Assembly (NCBI GenBank): GCA_046290465.1
Contig: JBKAGP010000001.1
Location: 2,848,001 to 2,912,000, forward strand
DNA from: Planctomycetota bacterium
GTDB taxonomy: Bacteria; Planctomycetota; UBA1135; UBA2386
Direction: 5' to 3'
Length of the DNA stretch: 64,000 nt
Positions 7,023 through 16,568 of this stretch are shown piece after piece; the first letter of the stretch is position 1; every line of letters begins with the position of its first letter. The notes under the pieces are model-generated. The model was given only the letters and a program-made list of their open reading frames with translations. It ran no database searches and was not told where the DNA came from. Both the position numbers and the translations under genes were made by a program.

Positions 7023-9665
7023 TTACGGCACCATCGCCCCGCGGAACACCACGCCCGCGCGTCTCCCGCCGAACACCGTGACCAGGCGCCCGACGGTCGA
7101 GCCGCCAACCGACGAACCGCGCGCGATCCGGAACGTGTCGTAGCCGGTCGCCTCGACGGTCACCGTGACGTCCCCCACGTCCGCCTGCAGCGGCGTCTCT
7201 TCGTCGATCTCGAGCACGACGCCCCCCATGCCCCGCACGGGGATCGCGCGGTCTCCGTCGCCCTCACCGTCGATCGCAATGCTGTCCTCGAGCGCGAACC
7301 CGATGAACGGGTGCTCGCCGGTCGCGAGCACCCCGTAGCCGCCGTTCGATTCGAGTGCGGCGCCGAACGGGATCGACTGCCCCGCCTTGACCAGAACCTG
7401 GTGGAAGTCGACCTCGGGCACGTTCGCGATGAACTGGCGCAGCGCGTCCGGGAGCAGCTCCTGTGCGGCCGCCGGCTCGCCAGCTTCCGGGGCCTGGTAG
7501 TCCTCCGCGACGTCGAGCCACACGCCCATCGTCGACTCGCCGCCGGCGTCCGGGAACACGTACTCCGTCGGGAACGGGATCGGCGACGACGGGAGGTTGC
7601 CCTGGTTGGCGGCCGCCGGCGTGAGGTGGAACGGCGCCGCCGACGGGTCACCCTCGAACCACGGCGCCACGGTCGACGAGTTGGTGCCCTCGACGTCGCC
7701 GGCGTCGCCCCACCGGTTGCGATCGAACGTGATGCCCGAGCCCGAGTAGTTGAACTCCTCGAACACGCACCCGCGCACCTCGGTCCGGCCGGTCGCCGCG
7801 ATGCTGCCGAAGTCGACGTTGTGGAACGTGCAGTGGAAGAACAGGCAGTCGACCAGGCCACCGCCCGGGTTCATGTCCGACTTGTCGGGCCCGGCGTCGC
7901 CGCAGTCAACGAACGCCACGCGCTCCATGATCGGCGTCGAGCTCGCGAAGAAGCGCGTGCCCGTGCAGTCCTCGGACCGGATGCCCTGGATCACCGAGTT
8001 GGTGCAGGCCCCGTTGAACTGAATCACGTCGGGGTGCACCTGGTCGACGTAGGCGGACTGGTTCATCCCCTCAAGCGTCGCGGTGCCGACGTAGGTCGCG
8101 CAGTAGAGCCGGTGGCCGGCCAGGTCAGCGATCGGCGTCAGACCATGCGACGGCGCGTTGATCGTGATCGTGTATTCCGACCCATCGACACCGGCGGCCG
8201 TCACCTGGCGGCCTTCGAAGATCACCGGCCCCGAGCCCTTGGCGCCGTCGACCAGCGCGATGCCCCACCGCTCCGAAAGAACCAGCTCGGGGGCGTGGTC
8301 GGCAAAGTCGAGCTGCACCGACTCGTCCGGGTTGCCGAAGTTCGCCAGCGGGTTCACGTCGTAGCTCGCGGCGCGGCGAATCACGATCGTGTTGGCGTCC
8401 GGCGTCTCGAGGGAAACGCCGCTGTCGATCTCGCAGTCGATGTAGCCGCGAACCTCGGGGCCGTATCGCTGCCCCTTCGGCTTGCAGTTGGCCAGCATGA
8501 GCGAGGGGGCGTCGCTATTCGATTGCCAGCAGGTGGCCGTCCAGTCCTCGATCACGCAGTCGAGGCCGTAGCTGAAACTGACGAACGCGTTGTCGACACC
8601 GAGCGCACGAACGCACGTCGCGCCGAGGACTGCGCCCCCGCTGCCGCCGTTGTCGAGCACGTGGTCGAACAACCGGACCGTGTTCTCGGTGTAGCGCACG
8701 GACCAGCGGGTGGTGACCGCGTTGTGCGCCGGGTGCCCGAACACGCCGCCCTCGACGTGCAGCCACGTCGCGTTGGCCATGGCGGCGAGCGTGCCGACCT
8801 TGAGGTCGCCCTTGGTCACCTGCGGCGTCGACCCCTCGAGGATCATCAGGAGGCGCAGCTGCGCCGGGTGGCCGCTGCCGGTGTTCGGGAGCAGCCAGAG
8901 CGTGTCAGAGGAGTTGAAGCGGCCGTGCAGCCCCGCCTCCCAGATGACGGATCCGTTCGGATCCATGCCATCCCCGTTGCGCACGATCGTGGCGCCGTCC
9001 TCGACGCGCATCGTGACCCACCAGTGGTCCGACGTGCCGCCCTCGCAAGCCGGGTTACCTGGGCCGGCCCAGACGTGTTCGCCGGCCATCAGCACCACCT
9101 CGGCGCCGCCGAGCTCGCCCGTGCCGTTGGCGGCCTTGATGAACCCCTCCATCACCTGCAGCACGGCCGTGCCGCGGGTGAGCCCGTCGTTGGCGTTGTC
9201 GCCGCTGACGGGGTCGACGTAGATGACGCGCGTGTTCGGCCGCGTGTCGCTGTCCTTGTTGTTGTAGACCTTGAGCGTCGGCAGGTTCTCGGTGCTGCCG
9301 GCCGTCGTGGTCACGACCACTTCGATCGTGATGGTGCCGTTCGGCCAGTCGGCGGCGCGCAGGTCCATGCCGAACGCGAACAGGTCCGACATGGTCGTCG
9401 TGCCGGTCCTCGGGCTGACCTGAGTATTGTAGTTCGGCGCTCGCCTCGAACGCGCCGTGATCGGCGCCTGCGCCACCCCGTTGATCGTGAACACAACGGA
9501 GGCGATGTCGCCCTCTCCGCCCGTGCCGGTGCCCTCCAGGTTCGTCCACGAGACGACGTCGAGCGACACATATTCGCCGGCATCGTTGAGTTGTCGGCCA
9601 GTGAGCGTGGCCCATTGCGCGATCGGTGCAACCATACGTATTGACTCAAGCAGGTGCTGCGCCAA
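7023..9665 (-). CDS. Beta-helix (depolymerase-like) protein fused to a C-terminal capsid-decoration domain; putative head spike
   Basis: IYVDPVSGDNANDG...VVLMAGEH and HPDVIQ beta-helix-type motifs; last 136 aa align without gaps to 25097-25537. Confidence 0.8.
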   Translation of the reverse strand: MAQHLLESIRMVAPIAQWATLTGRQLNDAGEYVSLDVVSWTNLEGTGTGGEGDIASVVFTINGVAQAPITARSRRAPNYNTQVSPRTGTTTMSDLFAFGMDLRAADWPNGTITIEVVVTTTAGSTENLPTLKVYNNKDSDTRPNTRVIYVDPVSGDNANDGLTRGTAVLQVMEGFIKAANGTGELGGAEVVLMAGEHVWAGPGNPACEGGTSDHWWVTMRVEDGATIVRNGDGMDPNGSVIWEAGLHGRFNSSDTLWLLPNTGSGHPAQLRLLMILEGSTPQVTKGDLKVGTLAAMANATWLHVEGGVFGHPAHNAVTTRWSVRYTENTVRLFDHVLDNGGSGGAVLGATCVRALGVDNAFVSFSYGLDCVIEDWTATCWQSNSDAPSLMLANCKPKGQRYGPEVRGYIDCEIDSGVSLETPDANTIVIRRAASYDVNPLANFGNPDESVQLDFADHAPELVLSERWGIALVDGAKGSGPVIFEGRQVTAAGVDGSEYTITINAPSHGLTPIADLAGHRLYCATYVGTATLEGMNQSAYVDQVHPDVIQFNGACTNSVIQGIRSEDCTGTRFFASSTPIMERVAFVDCGDAGPDKSDMNPGGGLVDCLFFHCTFHNVDFGSIAATGRTEVRGCVFEEFNYSGSGITFDRNRWGDAGDVEGTNSSTVAPWFEGDPSAAPFHLTPAAANQGNLPSSPIPFPTEYVFPDAGGESTMGVWLDVAEDYQAPEAGEPAAAQELLPDALRQFIANVPEVDFHQVLVKAGQSIPFGAALESNGGYGVLATGEHPFIGFALEDSIAIDGEGDGDRAIPVRGMGGVVLEIDEETPLQADVGDVTVTVEATGYDTFRIARGSSVGGSTVGRLVTVFGGRRAGVVFRGAMVP

Positions 9666-9720
9666 GGCCGATAGCCAAGGCCACTTCTCATCACGCGCTG
9701 GGTTTCCTGACCAGCGCGAA

Positions 9721-9747
9721 GGCGGCGGCGCGCTGGGCGCCGCCGCC
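9721..9747 (-). terminator. GC-rich hairpin, possible weak terminator or attenuator
   Basis: 11-bp perfect stem GGCGGCGGCGC/GCGCCGCCGCC between ORF 9759 and the spike gene; poor U tract. Confidence 0.45.
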
Positions 9748-9758
9748 TACTTCACGCG

Positions 9759-10034
9759 CTACTCGCGCGACAACGCCGCCTGCACGCCGGCGAGCGCCAC
9801 CTTGCCGATCCAGTCGGCGATGATGGTCTGCGCCGCGGCGGCCTCGGCGGCCGACAGGTTCGCGGCCTGCGCCGCGATGTGCTTCGCCTCGCGCTCGGCG
9901 CGCTGCGGGTCGGTCAGCGCCAGCGCCGCGACCTGCGTCGCGTCGGCGGCGATCTGCGCCAGCAGCTGCTGCTTGGCCGGGTCGGTGACTCGCGCCTTCA
10001 GCTGCGAGACCAGGTCGTCGAGCGGCGGGATCAT
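9759..10034 (-). CDS. Helical hypothetical protein (candidate lysis accessory)
   Basis: Ala-rich helical 91 aa with a hydrophobic C-terminus; coupled to the lipoprotein gene. Confidence 0.55.
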   Translation of the reverse strand: MIPPLDDLVSQLKARVTDPAKQQLLAQIAADATQVAALALTDPQRAEREAKHIAAQAANLSAAEAAAAQTIIADWIGKVALAGVQAALSRE

Positions 10035-10279
10035 CGCTTCACCTCACCGGTCTCGGTGCGGATGCGCCAGGTCTCGACCGTGCGGCCACGGCGCTCCTTC
10101 TCGACCGTCGTCAGCTCCGGGTCGGCCTCGACGTACTCGAGGTACTCGGGCGCGATCGTGTCGTAGGTCACGCGGTCGGCCTTGACGTAGGCGTCGGCGA
10201 CGCCGGTGCACGACGGCAGCACGCAGCAGCCCGCAACCAGCAGGAGAAGGAGAAGGGAACGTCTGATCTTCGGTTTCAT
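10031..10279 (-). CDS. Predicted lipoprotein (spanin-like candidate)
   Basis: MKPKIRRSLLLLLLVAGC/LPSC lipobox-like signal; located after the tail genes. Confidence 0.6.
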   Translation of the reverse strand: MKPKIRRSLLLLLLVAGCCVLPSCTGVADAYVKADRVTYDTIAPEYLEYVEADPELTTVEKERRGRTVETWRIRTETGEVKR

Positions 10280-11103
10280 GGCTTCGCAGTCGGTGGCCTG
10301 ACGGTCTCGAACACTTGCTCGAGCTCGATGATGAGCCCGCGGCAGCGGGCGGGGGATTCGAAGACCTGGCGCATCGCAGCAACGAACTGCGCGCGTTCGT
10401 CCTCGGGGATTGGTTCGAACCGGCCGGTCCGCATGCCGGGTTCCTGACTTTCGGGGTCGCCGTCGACCCAGAGCCGACGGCGGCCGAAGTTGATGCTCAC
10501 GTACCAGAGCTGGGCAGACGCTCGCCACGCGAAGGGCAGCACGATCGACGCGCACGTGCCCTGCTCTACGTACTGGTGCCTCAGCGTTCCGTGAGGTTGG
10601 CCCGGGTCGTCCGGGTCCTCTTCGACTGGGCATTCGAGCGCGACGCCGGTTCGGTTGGGCAGGCTCTCGAGCAGCCGGCCCAGGAAGTCGCGGTACCAGG
10701 AGTCGGCCTCGAATCGACGCCAGAGCTCGATCGTGTTGGGCTCGCCAGGGGCGGCGCGCTGCGCCTGGCAACGAACGGTGAGCGGGCCAGCGTTCCAGGC
10801 GTCACCACCGTTGTTCGCGGTGAGCAGCAGGCAGCGCTGAAACCCGCTCTCGGTGATCCACCGATGGACGACGGCCTCGATGGTGCGCACCCGGCGCATG
10901 TGCACGATCGACTCCTCGAACTGGATCTTGGCGTCGATCTTCGCGCTCTCGCGGCGTGCCAAGGCCCGGAAGCGCGTCGACAGCTCGCCGATCTTCGGCA
11001 CGATCTTGGTCAGCGCCACAACGGCCGCCATGACGACGGCTGCGATGCCGCCGATCCAGGCCATGGTGGTGACCGCCCAGGCGGGCATCTCGCTCGCGAG
11101 CAT
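10276..11103 (-). CDS. Holin-like protein: N-terminal TM plus soluble GAF-like domain
   Basis: One TM, coiled coil, then RCLLLTANNGG...SIVLPF...YVSINF; position typical of a lysis cassette. Confidence 0.45.
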   Translation of the reverse strand: MLASEMPAWAVTTMAWIGGIAAVVMAAVVALTKIVPKIGELSTRFRALARRESAKIDAKIQFEESIVHMRRVRTIEAVVHRWITESGFQRCLLLTANNGGDAWNAGPLTVRCQAQRAAPGEPNTIELWRRFEADSWYRDFLGRLLESLPNRTGVALECPVEEDPDDPGQPHGTLRHQYVEQGTCASIVLPFAWRASAQLWYVSINFGRRRLWVDGDPESQEPGMRTGRFEPIPEDERAQFVAAMRQVFESPARCRGLIIELEQVFETVRPPTAKP

Positions 11104-11576
11104 CAGCCCCCACCTCCCCCCGCCACGTTCGCGTCGATCCAGTCGGCCAGCTCCTGGACGCTCTTGATGCCGCTGCCCACCAGCGAGCCGGACCAGTCGG
11201 CGCCGCTGATACTGACGGCTGTGCCCGCGTGGGCATGCCCGACATCGGACTTGTTCGCGAGGTAGCCGAGGAACGTCGCGGTCAGCGCGTTGAACAGCGC
11301 GTTCACCTCGCCGATCCGGACCAGGTGCTGCGGCAGGGATGCGGCGACGTCGCTGCTCGGCGGCGACGTGAAGGCCTGCGAGCCGTCGAGCGGTGCGAAC
11401 GGGCCGCCGGCGGCGTGCTCGATCGGCACCAGGTCGGCCGCCTTGACGCGCATCGCCGCCTGTCCCTGGTCGCCGAACACGACGAGTACGGAGTCGCCTT
11501 CGACGGCGCGCACCGTCCCGGCCACCGAGTAGATGGCGTCCGCGACGATCGGGTTGCCGTTCCGGTCGTTCGGCAT
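11103..11576 (-). CDS. Tail fiber-associated protein
   Basis: NKSDVGHAH fiber-type H-x-H motif; downstream of the tail tip genes. Confidence 0.5.
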   Translation of the reverse strand: MPNDRNGNPIVADAIYSVAGTVRAVEGDSVLVVFGDQGQAAMRVKAADLVPIEHAAGGPFAPLDGSQAFTSPPSSDVAASLPQHLVRIGEVNALFNALTATFLGYLANKSDVGHAHAGTAVSISGADWSGSLVGSGIKSVQELADWIDANVAGGGGG

Positions 11577-12205
11577 CAGACGACCTCGACGACCGCCCGG
11601 AAGTTCGTGAGGGTCGTAGCGGTGCCGACCTTCGTCATCGTGACCTTGAGGACGTCGAGATCGGCGAGGCTGAGGTTCTGGTCGGGCGTCAGCACGTAGG
11701 CCGCGTCGGCCACGAACTCGGCGCCGCCGCCGACGCCTCCGAGCGCCGTGAACGTCCCGACGGTCCCGCTGAACAGCTCGACCGGTGAGCCCGGCGAGGC
11801 CGCCGGGCACTTGCTCAGGCCGACCTGCCACTCGTTGCCCGACGAGCTCGTCGATGCCGTGTCGGACAGAAGCACCAGGCGCTTGACCGTGCCGGGACCC
11901 CGCGAGGCCCCCGCGTACGCGGTGGCCGTCGCAGACAGCGATCCGGTGAGGCCGTCGACGACGAGCTGGTGCCGCAGGTCGCTGCCCACGAAGCCGCGCT
12001 CGTACCAGACGGAGTTCGTCGCGTCGCGCTGCTTCAGCAGCGGCGGCGACGTCGACGTGTCGAGCCAGAGCTGGCCGGCGATCGGGTTGCTCGGCGCGGC
12101 GTCGCCGCTGAACTGCGTGCGCAGAGACTCCAGGGCGTTGGCGACGTTGGTCTTGATCGCGGTGTTGAGCCGCAGGCTGCCGGTCGGGAGGATGAAGTTC
12201 TGCAT
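11576..12205 (-). CDS. Tail fiber / receptor-binding protein
   Basis: N-terminal FSGDAAPSNPIAGQLWLDT...LKQRD...W motif typical of fiber attachment domains. Confidence 0.65.
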   Translation of the reverse strand: MQNFILPTGSLRLNTAIKTNVANALESLRTQFSGDAAPSNPIAGQLWLDTSTSPPLLKQRDATNSVWYERGFVGSDLRHQLVVDGLTGSLSATATAYAGASRGPGTVKRLVLLSDTASTSSSGNEWQVGLSKCPAASPGSPVELFSGTVGTFTALGGVGGGAEFVADAAYVLTPDQNLSLADLDVLKVTMTKVGTATTLTNFRAVVEVV

Positions 12206-15200
12206 CAGAGTCGCGCCTCTACTCGCGCCAGTCGGATCCGTGGGTTGTGGGTCGTGCTCTCGCGTTCGACGCGGATGCGGAACTGCGCGTAGCGCGAGCT
12301 GCGGACGCCGTCCTCGTGCGGCGTGTCGGCACCGAAGGAGCCCGACGACGTGCGGAAGCGCGACTCGAGCACGATGTTGGTGTGGCTGCCGGCCTGGCCG
12401 GCGCGGCCGTGCACGAACTCGGTGTCGGGCAGGTCGTCGATGATCGTCGTGACGTCGTCGACCGTTCGCGACCAGTCCACGCCCGGCCGGCCCGGCGATG
12501 CATCGCGCCCGTCCACGGTTCGCCAGTCGAGCTCAGGGCTGCCCAGCAGGTCGGTGACGTCGTCCACGAGCTCGCTGCTGTCGACGGCGCCCTCCACGGC
12601 GATGCGCCACAGGAACGGGCCATCGAACCCGGCGTCGTACTCGTCCGACTCGTAGGCTCCCTCGAGCGCATCGCCGTCCAGGGCCAGAACCCCCTCGTCG
12701 TTGACGGTGTCGGTGTGGGTGCCGTCGAAGTCGTCGTCGGTCCCGACGAAATCGACGTCGGGCCCCGCCGCGGCCGGGATGAACGGGGTCGGGTTGCTCT
12801 GCCGGCCGTCCTCGGCGACGGCCGCGATCAGGAACGAGTCCCCCGCGGGCGCCGCCGGCCAGGTCACGCGCGGGCCAGCGACCCGAGCCAGCACCGGTGC
12901 ACCGACCCAGCCGTCCCCCGCCCGGATCTCGTAGGCAATCGCGCCGGCGACGGCGCTCCACGACCAGGTCACGACGCCGTTGGCCTCGTTCTCCGTGATG
13001 CCGGTGACCGGCGGGACCGTCAGGGCCATGAACTCCGGCACGGTCACCAGGGCGCGCACGCCCGTCTCTGCGGGCTGATTCGCGTCCGAGCCCAGCTTGT
13101 CGAGCACGACCGAGATCTCCAGCTGAGCGCCAGCCTGGAGCCCCCGGACGTCCACACCGTTGCTGTCTGTCGAGCCGAGCGACGACCAGGTGTCGCCGCC
13201 GACCGGCCGCGCGAACACCCGGGCGGTCTCGGCGCGCCGCTCCGGCGGCTTGGCGAACGTGATCCGGTGACCATCCCGGATACGCACGACGCGGATCAGC
13301 GAGACCACGGGGTCGACGGCGCCGTCCTCCTGGGCCTCGACGGCCAGGAAGTCGGTCGAGAGTCCTTCGTCGTACTCCTCCGGATCGATGGCGTCGTAGA
13401 TCTCGGGCACCCACTCGAGCGCGGTGATGGCGTGGGTGAAGTCCTCGCGCGCCTCGATCGCCGTGATGCGGTAGGTCTCGACGACCTGGTCGTTCATGCC
13501 GAGCACCGCGTCGGCGCCGGCCGCGACGGTCACCGCCTCGTCCAGCGTCAGGATCGTGAACGTCCGCCCCTTGATCGTCGTGCTCGCCATGCTGTCGATG
13601 CCGACGTGCAGCGGCGCGCCCGACTCGGTCCGGAACACGACCGCATCCCATGGATCGCCGGCGGCGTCGTGGTCCACGATCACCGCTGCCGAGGCGGTGA
13701 CGTCATCGACGACGACGCAGGCCTGCGGAACGACCGCCCCGAACGGTCGGAGCACGTTGTTCTCGACGTCGATCAGGTCGCCGACCTGCGACGCCAGGGC
13801 CCATCGCCCCGTCACGAAGTCGATCTTGCGGGTGACCAGCCGGTTGACCAGGTGCCGGTAGATGCCCTCCCGCCAGACCTGCGTCGGCCGCGTGACGCTG
13901 AACAGCTGGGCTTGCTCGGGGCGGTACTTGTCGGCGACCTCGTCCGGCTGACCAGGGTCGTCCAGCGTGCTGCTCGGATCCTGGACAGGGAAGGCGTCCT
14001 GCTGCCAGAACTGCTCCTCGTTCAGGAACTGGAAGATGTAGGCCGTCGGGCGCGAGCTGCGCGGCAGCCACGTGACCGTCAGGTCCTGCACGGACGACGA
14101 AGAGAACAGCTGCGACGGCGCCTTCGCCGGGACGCTGACGCTGCCCTGTGCGTGCGCTGCCGCGAACTCGTAGACGATCGAGACCTTCCCGTTCTGGAAG
14201 ACCGGCGCTGCGCGACCGGCCTCGCAGATTGCCAGCACCCACTCCCAGGCGGGGCGCGACTCATCGAGCACCAGGTCGCACGTGAACTGCGGCTCGCCCC
14301 ACGGGTTGGCGGGGTTCGGGTCCCGGTCGCACCACACGGCCCAAGCAGCGAACGAAGGGAGGTCGAGGTCGTCCTCGCTCAGGTATTGCCCCAGGCCCCA
14401 TGGCTGGGTCAGGAAGTCGAGCAGGATCCACGCGGGGTTCCGACCAGGTGGGTAGTCGTGCCAGTCGAACGGGGCCGCCGGCACGTCCCAGCAGCGCGGC
14501 GAGAATCCCTGAACCGCGTCCCACACCCGCACCTTGACGCCATCGACCCTGACCTTGAACTGCGGCAGGCCGCCCGACCACTTGCTGGACGCCTGCAGGT
14601 TGAAGGCGGCGAGCGCGATGCGCGGATAGGCGAGCTGGTGCTCGATGGCGGTCGTCACCTCGCGCCACGTGATCGCACTGCCGCCGTTCTGCGGCGCGCC
14701 GGACTCGCGGCGCACGCGGAACTCGAGGTCCCCGCTGACCGGCGCCGCGAAGCGCCCCGTCACCGTGCGGACCTGCGGCGACGTGATGTCGGCGAAGTCC
14801 GGCGCGAACACGAACGTCTCGTTGTCGGACGTGCTCCACGGGGTGACCGGCTGCAGCTGACGCCACGCCGTCTCGCCGACGAACCGCCAGTTCAGCTTCA
14901 GGCTGCACTCGAACACCTCGTTCTCGCCGGTGGGCCCGAGCGAGTAGAGGCCCACCGGCGCCTCGAGCACGAAGCTGACCGTCGACACCTCCTCGGCGGA
15001 CGCGACGGTGAAGCTGCGCTCCTCGCCGAAGCCCTCGATCGCCTCGTTGACCCCGTAGGACGTCGAGACGTTGGAGAACGGGAACTCGAGCGGCGTCTGG
15101 CTCAGGGTCCCGGGCCGGATGCTGAGCTGCACGCCGGCACTCGGCTTCTGGAAGAACTGGAACGAACCCGCCTGGAACACGCGCGCATCGGCGGACGTGA

Positions 15201-16191
15201 AAGTCCCGCCGTTGACCTGGCCGAACGCGATCTCGAGGTTCGAGGTGTTCGGTGTCCCCAACGGAGCGACAGCCTCCCAGGCAGTCGGCCACTCCTTCAA
15301 CAGCGGTTCGAGCACCCCGCCGATCGACTGGACCGCGACTACCTCGACGCTGCCGTAGTTGGTCGAAGTGCTCGGGTTGTAGAGGAACGCTCGGTCGCCA
15401 GCGGTGAGCCCCGACGGACTGTTGATCCAACCACCTTGCCAGCTGAGCTTGATCGCTTGGTAGCCCTCGACGGTCGTCGCGAGCTCGGCATCGTTGACTC
15501 GGACGAAGTTCGGCAGAGGCGTCGGGTTCTCGGACGGGATCGGCTGCTGCGTTGCGGCGACGAGCGCGGACTGGCCGAGGCCACCGAGCCTGTCGGCCGC
15601 GGTAGCGAGGAAGTCGCCGACCCGGTGGATCGGACCTTCTGACAGAGCCAGGACCACGCGCAGCGTGTCGGTCGTGACCGCCAGCGCCGACGATCCACCC
15701 TGCGACCTCGCGAAGGCCGATGTCTCGATGGCCTGGCCGCCGGTCGCGATCCGTCCGTAGACGACCGGGACCAGAAGCCCTTGCCCGTAGTTCGTCCGGA
15801 TCCCGAGCCACGAGTAGGTGGCCGACCGCTCGTCGCCTCGATCCTGCGGCTGGTCAGGTGCCTTCCGCGTCGGGCTCAGCGCCTGGATCGCGTAGTTGAT
15901 ACCGACGCTGACGACCGCGGAGATGACCGCGTAGACGAAGTAGCCCAGCAGATCGACGCCGTACGTCGTCGGCGCAACGACGACCACAGTGTCGCCGTCG
16001 CGAAGCTCTCGGTCGTAGCCGTCCTCCCCCAGCATCGTGCCGTTCACCAAGGCCTCGACCTCGAGGCCAGGCAGGACGTCGGCAGCGGCCAGCGCGATGC
16101 AGCGAGCAGTCACACCAGACCGCCACGGCACCTCGCGGCGCACGACGTTCTCACTCCCGATGGAGCCGCGCCGAATCACCACGTTCAGCAT
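12205..16191 (-). CDS. Tail tip protein: gpI-like ubiquitin-fold domain fused to gpJ-like central tip
   Basis: VNG.....ELRDGDTVVVV, VPVVYGR, LSEGPI, LAYPRIAL, NPAWILLDFLT...WGLG, FTCDLVLD; FN3-like C-terminal region. Confidence 0.88.
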   Translation of the reverse strand: MLNVVIRRGSIGSENVVRREVPWRSGVTARCIALAAADVLPGLEVEALVNGTMLGEDGYDRELRDGDTVVVVAPTTYGVDLLGYFVYAVISAVVSVGINYAIQALSPTRKAPDQPQDRGDERSATYSWLGIRTNYGQGLLVPVVYGRIATGGQAIETSAFARSQGGSSALAVTTDTLRVVLALSEGPIHRVGDFLATAADRLGGLGQSALVAATQQPIPSENPTPLPNFVRVNDAELATTVEGYQAIKLSWQGGWINSPSGLTAGDRAFLYNPSTSTNYGSVEVVAVQSIGGVLEPLLKEWPTAWEAVAPLGTPNTSNLEIAFGQVNGGTFTSADARVFQAGSFQFFQKPSAGVQLSIRPGTLSQTPLEFPFSNVSTSYGVNEAIEGFGEERSFTVASAEEVSTVSFVLEAPVGLYSLGPTGENEVFECSLKLNWRFVGETAWRQLQPVTPWSTSDNETFVFAPDFADITSPQVRTVTGRFAAPVSGDLEFRVRRESGAPQNGGSAITWREVTTAIEHQLAYPRIALAAFNLQASSKWSGGLPQFKVRVDGVKVRVWDAVQGFSPRCWDVPAAPFDWHDYPPGRNPAWILLDFLTQPWGLGQYLSEDDLDLPSFAAWAVWCDRDPNPANPWGEPQFTCDLVLDESRPAWEWVLAICEAGRAAPVFQNGKVSIVYEFAAAHAQGSVSVPAKAPSQLFSSSSVQDLTVTWLPRSSRPTAYIFQFLNEEQFWQQDAFPVQDPSSTLDDPGQPDEVADKYRPEQAQLFSVTRPTQVWREGIYRHLVNRLVTRKIDFVTGRWALASQVGDLIDVENNVLRPFGAVVPQACVVVDDVTASAAVIVDHDAAGDPWDAVVFRTESGAPLHVGIDSMASTTIKGRTFTILTLDEAVTVAAGADAVLGMNDQVVETYRITAIEAREDFTHAITALEWVPEIYDAIDPEEYDEGLSTDFLAVEAQEDGAVDPVVSLIRVVRIRDGHRITFAKPPERRAETARVFARPVGGDTWSSLGSTDSNGVDVRGLQAGAQLEISVVLDKLGSDANQPAETGVRALVTVPEFMALTVPPVTGITENEANGVVTWSWSAVAGAIAYEIRAGDGWVGAPVLARVAGPRVTWPAAPAGDSFLIAAVAEDGRQSNPTPFIPAAAGPDVDFVGTDDDFDGTHTDTVNDEGVLALDGDALEGAYESDEYDAGFDGPFLWRIAVEGAVDSSELVDDVTDLLGSPELDWRTVDGRDASPGRPGVDWSRTVDDVTTIIDDLPDTEFVHGRAGQAGSHTNIVLESRFRTSSGSFGADTPHEDGVRSSRYAQFRIRVERESTTHNPRIRLARVEARL

Positions 16192-16568
16192 CGGCGCCAG
16201 ACCTCCTGCGGCGTCTTCGAGAACCGGTTCAGGGGGCGCGACCAGGTGCCAGGACTCGGGTGCGACGACCACACGAAGCCGTCGTGCACGATTGCGGACC
16301 AGTGGTGCTCACCGAAGAACAGCAGCACGTCACCATCACGGAGCGGCGCGTCACCACGACGCCAGCCCTCGGGGAACCCGGCGTCTCCCGGCGATTTCCC
16401 CGGCTGGCGGTAGTGCTGCGCCAGCGTCTCCCAGGGATCCGGGATCCCCTCGCCGCGCTGCTCTAGGACGAAGAGCACGACGCCCAGGCAGTCGATGCCC
16501 GCTCCGATCTGGCGGCCACCGAGCTCGTACGGAGTGCGCAGCAGCTTCCTTCGCAAGTCGGCGTTCAT
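16185..16568 (-). CDS. NlpC/P60 tail assembly protein (gpK-like, no JAB domain)
   Basis: PYELGG...GIDCLG...GDVLLF...HHWSAIV; lies between gpL-like and gpI/J-like genes. Confidence 0.8.
   Translation of the reverse strand: MNADLRRKLLRTPYELGGRQIGAGIDCLGVVLFVLEQRGEGIPDPWETLAQHYRQPGKSPGDAGFPEGWRRGDAPLRDGDVLLFFGEHHWSAIVHDGFVWSSHPSPGTWSRPLNRFSKTPQEVWRRC

Noticed and set aside
7023..7433. DGR template/variable repeat pair with 25097-25537
   Set aside because: Divergence is general rather than adenine-specific, and no reverse transcriptase is present; this is a protein paralogy
12247..15642. Very long opposite-strand ORFs (also 7311-9644, 30717-33680, 51464-54976, 57470-60991)
   Set aside because: Antisense shadows of real high-GC genes, with no recognisable motifs
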